Shown: positions 28,343 through 36,335 of the stretch, one piece after another
Layout: the number at the start of each line of letters is the position of its first letter
How positions within the stretch are numbered: position 1 is the first letter of the stretch
Source: a virus
Lineage: Duplodnaviria > Caudoviricetes
Direction: 5' to 3' (one strand)
Length of the DNA stretch: 53,398 bases
Virus record (IMG/VR): IMGVR_UViG_3300021079_000008
Coordinates: 1 to 53,398 of that record
Program-made: the position numbers and the translations under genes
Notes under the pieces: generated by a model
The model's input: the letters and a program-made list of their open reading frames with translations, nothing else
Databases searched by the model: none
What the model was told of the DNA's origin: nothing

Positions 28343-31300
28343 TGGAAAAATGGTTAGATAAATATGATGATGGTGGATATATCCAAGAGAACTATAATGA
28401 TTCTTCTGTTTCTCTACCTGAAGGATTTGTAGGAATGGGTAATAACACACAAGGTAGAAACTATTCTCCTGCGTGGGGTGGACAGTTTCAAGAAGGAGGA
28501 AATGTCTATTCCTCACAATTTAAAACAAAACCTAAATTACAACATGGAGGGACATCTGCTAACATAAGTAGCATACAGACATCTGTAGATGATGCTGAAA
28601 AATTTAGAAATGATTGGATGCAATCACCACAGTATAAAAGTATGCTAAAAACAAGTGGTAATACTACAACTTATCCTGATCTATCAGTTAAATATGTTAG
28701 AAAGCATAGTAATAAAAATTATACTTATGATATAAAAGATATTCCTAATATAAAACTAGACAATGATGATTATATAACAAATGCTCAGGTTTCTTCTGGC
28801 AGTGGAATCAATCAGATTATGAATATTAATAAAAATAGTATTAATAATTCAGATTTGAAGTATACACTTCAACATGAATTATCACATATTACTGATAGTA
28901 GAGGAATTGGAATTCCAATATCTGATATAAATAAAATATCACAATATGCAAAGCCAACAAGTGATTTTGGAAAATATGTTGCAATTCCATCAGAAACAAG
29001 AGCTAGGCTAATGAGTATAAGAGAATTTTCACAGGATAACAATATATATAATCCTATGAAAGACAAGATTACTAAAGAACAATTAGATAAGATTAAATAT
29101 GCTGGTTTAGATGATTTAAAAACAATATATTCAGATGATCAGATATTAGATTTACTTAATAGTATAAGTAAAAATGATTCACCTAGTGTTCCTAAAGCTC
29201 AGAATGGTCTTTGGACTACAAATAAAAGAGGATATGTAGATAGTGCATTAAATGCAAATAAACATCTTGATTGGGTAAAGAGATTGTATGATGCTAATCC
29301 AAAAGCTGTAATGGTTCCTGGAGAAAAATATTCTAGCACTCATCTAATGGGTGATGATAATCAAGGTTATGTATTTCCTAGTATAGTAAATATGAATGGT
29401 CAATTGGTTGATCTTGGTGATGGAGCTGAAGATTATGCTAGAGAAACTAATACAGGTATACAGTTTCCTAAAGAACAAGGTACATGGTTTGCTAGATCTA
29501 CAAATGATAAGAGTGGATATAAAATGGGAACAGGTGTATTAAAAGGAACACCTGTTATGCAGAAATATAAGTCTATTGATAAAAAAGCAATGGGTGGTAA
29601 TATTCCTGGTTCTGTAGGATTTACATACGCACGTACAGGAGCTCCTTCCAACGGTCCACATGCTAAGAAAACATTAGCTAGTGCTCAGAATGGAACAATT
29701 CATAAAAAGAAAACTCCTAATCAACAAACTACTACTCCACCCACCACTCCAGCTTATGTTCCTGCTATTGATTATTCTAAACTTGCACAGCCTCCATATA
29801 GACAAGGAGTAGATGCTACATATCGTCCACCTTCTATAAATGTACTTGATGAACAAGAAAAAATTGATGAATATGCAAGAAGCAATGTTCGTAAACAAGA
29901 ATTAAACAAAGAACAACCTCAATTAAAACAATCAAATAAATCTATTATTAAAGGAATAAATTATGGTAAAAAAATAGATCCTTATTTAAATATAATTGAA
30001 AAAGATCCACAAAGTCAAGCAAATATAAATAAAAGAAAACAATTAGAATTTGCAAGAAATTTAGCAATTGGTACATTAGCTCCTGCAGCTATTGTAGAAG
30101 GTGCTGCTGCTCTTCCTTTTATAGCTCCAGCATTAACTACTGATATTGCAGGTATATCTGGACTTACCGCAGGTAATCTTCTTAATGCAGGATTTGCTTA
30201 TGAAGGGATTAAGAATCTTCCTAATACAGGAAATTCAATAAAAAATGCTTACAATACCCCTACATGGGATAATATAGGAAATGCTGCTTTACAAACAGGA
30301 GCAACGGCATTAGATATATTTCCATTTTTACATGGAGTATCTAAAGGATTTCCTAGTGTAATGGAAGATGTTAACCAAGTTGTTAATTCTCCTACTACAA
30401 AAAATATTTTAAAAACAGCATATGATATTCCAAGAGCCGAAAGTATAAAAGAAGCAATGGGAAGAATTGGAGGTATTCCTTTAAATAAAGACATTCCAAG
30501 AATGGGAGCTCAAGATGTTAAAGCTCTTAGACAAGTTCAAGAAATAGGAAGACTTAGAGCAACTAATGTACAATATGCTGAACAAATGAAATATGGTTTA
30601 GAAAATAATCTTCCTGAAGAACATTTTCAAAAAGTATTTGGTAAATCTAGAGAAGAAGCTCAAAATTTGCTAGATACAGGATTTGGTCAACAAGTTGGCG
30701 AATCAAGTGGTACAATTAATTTACGTAGACCTTCAAGAAATTCCACCGCTAGAACAATAAATGGTTTTGAAGAAGAACAAAACATTGCTTTAGAGCAAAT
30801 GGGATTAGGAGCAGATGATATTGCTACGCAACCTTATAGATCTTATTCAGATATGGCAATTGATAGATTGAATGATTTACGTGGAAGTGATGTTGATATT
30901 GTTGGAGGAGCTACAGATGTAAATGGAAATTATATATCTAATAGTTATAGACCTGATTATGAAAATATTAATATAAGATCTCAAAGAATTCAAGATATAC
31001 TTGATGATTTCAGTAATCAATTTAATCAATTACCACCTCCTCCTGAATACCGTACTTTAACTGAACCAAGAAGAGGAAGAACATTAATTCCAGGAATGGA
31101 ACGTCCTACAATATCTTTACCTGAACAATTAAAACAAGATATTATTTCTGGAACAAATAACCTTGAAAATAAAGCTCAAAATTTTTTAATTAATAAAACA
31201 CAAAGTTATCCATATTATAGTGGAAAGATTCAAGAAAAAGTTCCAAGTCTTTATTTATCAAGATCAGGCAATTTAAAAAATGTTTCTAAAACAGTTAACT

Positions 31301-32466
31301 TTGCACCAGAAGGAATTCAATCTGGAGATGTATTTACAGGAAGTACAAACACATCACATAGTTCATATCTTCCTCAATTAAAACAAGTATTTAAATATGA
31401 TAAAGGAGCTCCTCAATTTTTTGGATATAAACCAATGAACACAAGTGGTTTTTTATCGGGATTTGATTATAGTAAAGAAGATATTGCAAAATATTTAAAT
31501 TCAGAAATTGATGAACAAATAAAAAGAGGAATTATTCCAAAAAATATACAAAGACCTTTTTTAAAAGAAAATAGTTTACTACTTCCGCATTATGGAATTA
31601 AACAATATAAACAAGGCGGAGTAATTAAAGATAATAATGGATATTGGAATCCAGATAATTGGGGGAAGACTGTAGAAATAGGTTCTCCAGATATAACAAT
31701 GCAAGGTGTAAATCAACCTCTTATAGGAATATCAGACAAAGGGGATGTTAAATACATGGAACCTGGAAAGGATTATAAATTCAAGGGTAAAAAGGTAAAG
31801 GAATATCCTGTAGCACAAAAAGGATTTTTTCAATCATTACGTGAGGATTATGAAAGAGGAAAGGCTACTAAAGATACTCAAAAATATACAGATTATTTTA
31901 ATAGTTACATAAATAGACCTATATTTGAAGGTACTAAGTTAAAGGGTGAAGACTTAGCAGTTCCTTTTATGGATTTTGTAAAACAACATCCTCAGATTAA
32001 TCCTGAAGATTTAGCCAAACTCATGTTAACACAAGGACAAACAGAAACTCATTTAGGACTTTATGGAAGAGCAGGAAAACCAGGAGAAAATAATCCATTT
32101 AATGTAAGAGAATATGATACGGGAACAAAAAAGGTATATCATTCTCCAAAGGAAGGAATTGCAGATTATCTAAATACATTAGGATCAGACTATCTTCCTT
32201 CTGCAAATTGGAATGTTAAAGAACTTATTAATAATTATGTTAATAAGAAAGGTTCAAGATATGCATCAGCATCAGACTATGAACAAAAATTAAATGATCA
32301 ATATAATTATATTAATAGAAATTATCCTATTCCTAAACAAAAGAATGGTGGAAGTACATCTGCACAAGATAGAGGACAATTGAAAAAGTTAGATCAGCTT
32401 ACAAATTTTACAAACTATAATAAACCAAAAGCCAAAAATGGTGGATGGCTAGATAAATATCAATAA
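28342..32466 (+). CDS. Large modular cargo/ejection protein with zincin (HExxH) and lysozyme-like modules
   Basis: HELSH at 28873-28887 with downstream SETRARL; C-terminal QTETHLG..NPFNV..YAS...Y; hydrophobic Ala/Gly segment; repeated xxxGG linkers. Confidence 0.7.
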   Translation: MEKWLDKYDDGGYIQENYNDSSVSLPEGFVGMGNNTQGRNYSPAWGGQFQEGGNVYSSQFKTKPKLQHGGTSANISSIQTSVDDAEKFRNDWMQSPQYKSMLKTSGNTTTYPDLSVKYVRKHSNKNYTYDIKDIPNIKLDNDDYITNAQVSSGSGINQIMNINKNSINNSDLKYTLQHELSHITDSRGIGIPISDINKISQYAKPTSDFGKYVAIPSETRARLMSIREFSQDNNIYNPMKDKITKEQLDKIKYAGLDDLKTIYSDDQILDLLNSISKNDSPSVPKAQNGLWTTNKRGYVDSALNANKHLDWVKRLYDANPKAVMVPGEKYSSTHLMGDDNQGYVFPSIVNMNGQLVDLGDGAEDYARETNTGIQFPKEQGTWFARSTNDKSGYKMGTGVLKGTPVMQKYKSIDKKAMGGNIPGSVGFTYARTGAPSNGPHAKKTLASAQNGTIHKKKTPNQQTTTPPTTPAYVPAIDYSKLAQPPYRQGVDATYRPPSINVLDEQEKIDEYARSNVRKQELNKEQPQLKQSNKSIIKGINYGKKIDPYLNIIEKDPQSQANINKRKQLEFARNLAIGTLAPAAIVEGAAALPFIAPALTTDIAGISGLTAGNLLNAGFAYEGIKNLPNTGNSIKNAYNTPTWDNIGNAALQTGATALDIFPFLHGVSKGFPSVMEDVNQVVNSPTTKNILKTAYDIPRAESIKEAMGRIGGIPLNKDIPRMGAQDVKALRQVQEIGRLRATNVQYAEQMKYGLENNLPEEHFQKVFGKSREEAQNLLDTGFGQQVGESSGTINLRRPSRNSTARTINGFEEEQNIALEQMGLGADDIATQPYRSYSDMAIDRLNDLRGSDVDIVGGATDVNGNYISNSYRPDYENINIRSQRIQDILDDFSNQFNQLPPPPEYRTLTEPRRGRTLIPGMERPTISLPEQLKQDIISGTNNLENKAQNFLINKTQSYPYYSGKIQEKVPSLYLSRSGNLKNVSKTVNFAPEGIQSGDVFTGSTNTSHSSYLPQLKQVFKYDKGAPQFFGYKPMNTSGFLSGFDYSKEDIAKYLNSEIDEQIKRGIIPKNIQRPFLKENSLLLPHYGIKQYKQGGVIKDNNGYWNPDNWGKTVEIGSPDITMQGVNQPLIGISDKGDVKYMEPGKDYKFKGKKVKEYPVAQKGFFQSLREDYERGKATKDTQKYTDYFNSYINRPIFEGTKLKGEDLAVPFMDFVKQHPQINPEDLAKLMLTQGQTETHLGLYGRAGKPGENNPFNVREYDTGTKKVYHSPKEGIADYLNTLGSDYLPSANWNVKELINNYVNKKGSRYASASDYEQKLNDQYNYINRNYPIPKQKNGGSTSAQDRGQLKKLDQLTNFTNYNKPKAKNGGWLDKYQ

Positions 32467-32467
32467 T

Positions 32468-35400
32468 ATGAAAGCACAATTGCTCAAAATCGCTGGTGTT
32501 AAAACTGAAAAGGAATTTTATTCTAAATATCCTACAGAAGCTGCTTTTAAGAAAGCTCATGGAAAAGAGTTTAATAAAGCCAGACTTGGTGCAGCTATTC
32601 CTAAATCCCAAGATGGAAGAACTTTAAGAGCTGCTAATGCAGAATTTTCATGTAACGCTCATCCTAGAAGTGAACTCAGACAAGCCACTAATTCAACCAA
32701 TGGTGGAAGTGGAGATATTACAAGAGATGTAAAGAATGCCTATTGGGATAAAGTTAGTGGTGATTTTCAAGGACGAGGTTGGGATAAACCAGCTTTCAAT
32801 CAGGCATATGAGGATTCTATGAGAGTGGGTCCTCAGTTTGATAGAATGGAATATAGTAAACATTTTGATCCCACCACTGGTAAAATACTTAAAGATCCAT
32901 CTACTAGTCCTAGCGATTATAGCAATATTCTTAAATGGTATAATCAAGTTCCAGGATTTCAATTTGGACAGAGACCTACTATTCCTCAAATCCTTGAAAC
33001 TCAAGCATCTCAACCTGGAGGACTCAAGTCATATAAGAAATTAGCTAAAGCTGATTTTCCATATGAAACCCCTCCTGCAAATGTTAAAAAGAATGCTAAA
33101 GGTGGAAAGATTGTAAAAGCTACTATTGGAGATTTCATAGGAGGACAAACTATAAATACTCCTCAATTAGGATTTAAAAACTATTTAGATAGTGCAGATT
33201 ATAATCTGACAGGAATGACTGATGATATGAGAAAAGAAGAAGCCTATAAACAGGCTCAAATTAAAGCATCTCAACAGTCTTCTAAGAATTCTGGAGGTGG
33301 ACTAGGAAGTTTAGAAGGACTCTTTGGTGGTGGAGGTGCATCAGGTAGTGGTGACTCAGGTGCTGCTAAAGAAGCTATTTCTTCTCTAGGTGCTAGGAAT
33401 GGTAAGAAGATGAAGAAGGCTCAAGTTGGTCAACGTATTAATCCTAATATAGGAACAATTTCAGCAGAATCACTTACTGCACCAAAAGCAGGATTAGATC
33501 AAATGACCACCGATATAACAAATCCTTTTACTAAAAATAAATTTGACTTTGCTCAAGGTATTCCTATTGTGGGTAGTATTATTAAAGGAATAAAAGGTAT
33601 TCAGGATGAGAAGAAACAAATGCTTAAAGAAAAGCAATTTAGTGTTCTATCAGAAGTAACTGCACAAGCTGCAGGTCTTCCTACAGAATATCAAAGACAT
33701 ATATATGATAGACCAGAAGATTATATGATGCAAGGAAGCAATCCTTATGGTAATTCATACAATCCCCTATCAGCACAATTTGGTGCACAAGTGGGAGGTA
33801 ATCCTTCAGAGATACAAAATACGTATTCTCCTAATAATACATTATATTCAGATTTAGGATATGAGCCTTTAAGTGATAGTGATATTGTAAAACAATATAG
33901 AACAGGAGGACTTATTCCAAGAGCACAAGGTGGGGGTAGTTTCTTAAAAGGAGTGAATAAATTTGGTAATGCTGGTGGAATGGATATGTTAAGTCAAGGA
34001 GTTAGTGCTATTGGTGGACAGAATGCTGGTGGTGATTTAGGTGGTGATATTGGTGGAGCTATTGGTAGTGCTATTCCTATTCCAGGTGGTAAATATATTG
34101 GTCAAGCTGTAGGAATTATAGCAGGTAGATTACTTGATAAAAATCCTGGAAAGATAAAGAAATATCATCAGGAAGGAATGCAGAATATGTACAATACAGC
34201 AGGAATGAACTTTGGTAAGGGTATACAACAAGTAAATAATTCCTACATGGAAGAGGGAGGATATGTAAGTAATAACTGGAACCCTCAAGTTATTACAAAA
34301 TTTGGTGATATGGATGTAAGTGATGTTCATACATTTGCATCAGACGGAATGCAATCTCTACGTACAGGTGGACACATTAGACAAAATCAATTAGCAATGG
34401 GTGGAGAATTAAACACTCATTGGGGTGGATATGCTGAACCTATTTCTCAAAATCCTTATTTACCTAATGGTGGACAAACTGTTATGTTCAGAGGACAATC
34501 ACATTCTGAATCAGATGGACAAGGTAGAACTGGTATAGGTGTATCTTATGGTGCTAAAGATCAAGATAGTTATACAGATTATGCAGAATACGGTACAGAA
34601 GCAAATGCAGACGTTGAGGTACAGAGAGGAGAACCTGCTGTACAAACCAATGATGAAACTGGTAAACCTGCTCTAACGGTCTTTGGTGCACGTACAGTGA
34701 ACAAAGAAGCTGCTGCATATGCTGGTGTAGAATCTGGTAAAAAGTATCAAAACATTGGTAAACAAATTGCTGAGAATGATGCTAAGATAAATAAAAAGAT
34801 TAACAAAACCTCAGAACTAGTTGATAGTCATGAAGTTAAGTCACCTTTTGATAAACTATCTATGAATTCTCATAGGGCTATGCTTACAGGACTGACAGCA
34901 CAACAAAAAGCAAATGCTGATAAGACAACAAAATTGGCAGAGTTTCAAAATAATACAGACGAATTAGCAAAATCTATGGGACTTGATATTAATGAATTTG
35001 ATAAAGGTAAATTTAAAATGGCTAAAAAAGACAATACAGCTAAATTTGGTAAGAAGATTCCTATAGCACAACCTGGTAAAAGAATATTTAGATACAACTG
35101 GAGTGGAGATAGTCCTAATCCTTATCGTACAGAACAGGAATTAAGAGATTATGGAGGAGTGAATTCTGAATATAATTTTACAACTGAACAAATTCAGAAT
35201 AATATTAATCAAGGATTAATAAGTGATGTTACTAATATTCCTTATAGGTACGATGATACAAAAGCCACTACACCTGCAAATGCAAATACTCCAAGTTGGA
35301 TGACTTCTGGTTGGTTATCTCCTACCAATCAACAAACTACTCCTAGTTCTTCATTTAATATGATGCAAGGTTTAAATATACCAACTGCTAAAAAAGAAGA

Positions 35401-36247
35401 TTTAAATGTAGATAAAAAAGCTGTTGATACTTCTGATAAGACTAAAAGTGATAAAAAGAAGTTTGGAATAAAAGACTTAATGGGTATATATAATCAGGTT
35501 CTTCCATATATCAGACCTAGTGATAAAACAACATTAGATCCTTCTCAGTTATATCCTGAGATGTTGGCTTCTAGCATGAATCAACAAGAGCCTGTAGCAG
35601 GAATGCAATCCTATCAACCTATTCTAGAGGAAAACCCTTCTCCTATATCATTACAAGATCAATTGAATGAGGTGGAGAAACAATCTAGAGCAGCACAAAG
35701 ACAGATAAGTGATCCTGCAGCTTTAGCTGGTTTATATGCTAACACTTATGAGGCTAAGAATAAAGTATTGGCTGAACAGTTTAGAATGAACCAACAGCTT
35801 CCAGCTTCTGTAAGAGCTCATAATATTCAAATATTAAATGCTGCTAAAGAACAGAATTTAGCTATGTATGAGCGTCAGGCACAGAAACAAGCTATGGCAA
35901 AATCTTTAACAAAGCAACAGTCTCTCGAAATAGCCAAGTCTATTGCAGCTAAAAAGGCTCAACATGACTTAGAAAATAAAACCTTACAGGTATATGAAAA
36001 TATGTACAATTATAGATTTGGTAACAACTATGTAGCTGATAACTGGAATCCTCTGTTTCAACCTAACATTCCTACAGTTGGTACTACTACTGCTGGTAAA
36101 TCTACAGAGTTGCCCGAAGGATATGAATATATCTATAATAAATCAGGACAACCTATTGATGTAAGAAAAGCTCCTAAAAAATCTCAACTTGGTACTAAAC
36201 TGATATCTAGAAATGGTTCTATTGTAAATGCACTAAAAAATATCTAA
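32468..36247 (+). CDS. Large cargo/ejection protein, Gly-rich with coiled-coil C-terminus
   Basis: 1259 aa; glycine zipper GGDLGGDIGGAIGSAIP; low complexity; located between tail and RNAP genes. Confidence 0.65.
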   Translation: MKAQLLKIAGVKTEKEFYSKYPTEAAFKKAHGKEFNKARLGAAIPKSQDGRTLRAANAEFSCNAHPRSELRQATNSTNGGSGDITRDVKNAYWDKVSGDFQGRGWDKPAFNQAYEDSMRVGPQFDRMEYSKHFDPTTGKILKDPSTSPSDYSNILKWYNQVPGFQFGQRPTIPQILETQASQPGGLKSYKKLAKADFPYETPPANVKKNAKGGKIVKATIGDFIGGQTINTPQLGFKNYLDSADYNLTGMTDDMRKEEAYKQAQIKASQQSSKNSGGGLGSLEGLFGGGGASGSGDSGAAKEAISSLGARNGKKMKKAQVGQRINPNIGTISAESLTAPKAGLDQMTTDITNPFTKNKFDFAQGIPIVGSIIKGIKGIQDEKKQMLKEKQFSVLSEVTAQAAGLPTEYQRHIYDRPEDYMMQGSNPYGNSYNPLSAQFGAQVGGNPSEIQNTYSPNNTLYSDLGYEPLSDSDIVKQYRTGGLIPRAQGGGSFLKGVNKFGNAGGMDMLSQGVSAIGGQNAGGDLGGDIGGAIGSAIPIPGGKYIGQAVGIIAGRLLDKNPGKIKKYHQEGMQNMYNTAGMNFGKGIQQVNNSYMEEGGYVSNNWNPQVITKFGDMDVSDVHTFASDGMQSLRTGGHIRQNQLAMGGELNTHWGGYAEPISQNPYLPNGGQTVMFRGQSHSESDGQGRTGIGVSYGAKDQDSYTDYAEYGTEANADVEVQRGEPAVQTNDETGKPALTVFGARTVNKEAAAYAGVESGKKYQNIGKQIAENDAKINKKINKTSELVDSHEVKSPFDKLSMNSHRAMLTGLTAQQKANADKTTKLAEFQNNTDELAKSMGLDINEFDKGKFKMAKKDNTAKFGKKIPIAQPGKRIFRYNWSGDSPNPYRTEQELRDYGGVNSEYNFTTEQIQNNINQGLISDVTNIPYRYDDTKATTPANANTPSWMTSGWLSPTNQQTTPSSSFNMMQGLNIPTAKKEDLNVDKKAVDTSDKTKSDKKKFGIKDLMGIYNQVLPYIRPSDKTTLDPSQLYPEMLASSMNQQEPVAGMQSYQPILEENPSPISLQDQLNEVEKQSRAAQRQISDPAALAGLYANTYEAKNKVLAEQFRMNQQLPASVRAHNIQILNAAKEQNLAMYERQAQKQAMAKSLTKQQSLEIAKSIAAKKAQHDLENKTLQVYENMYNYRFGNNYVADNWNPLFQPNIPTVGTTTAGKSTELPEGYEYIYNKSGQPIDVRKAPKKSQLGTKLISRNGSIVNALKNI

Positions 36248-36287
36248 TTAATTCAATTACACCAAATTAACAAAAGACATTATATTT

Positions 36288-36319
36288 CTTGGTAATTATA
36301 ATAACTTATGTTAAATTTG
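36288..36319 (+). promoter_or_regulatory. Bacteroidota-type promoter for the cargo/vRNAP operon
   Basis: CTTG 36288-91, 20-nt spacer, TAAATTTG 36312-19 in the only sizeable gap (88 nt) of this region. Confidence 0.65.
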
Positions 36320-36335
36320 CTAACTTAATACTACT

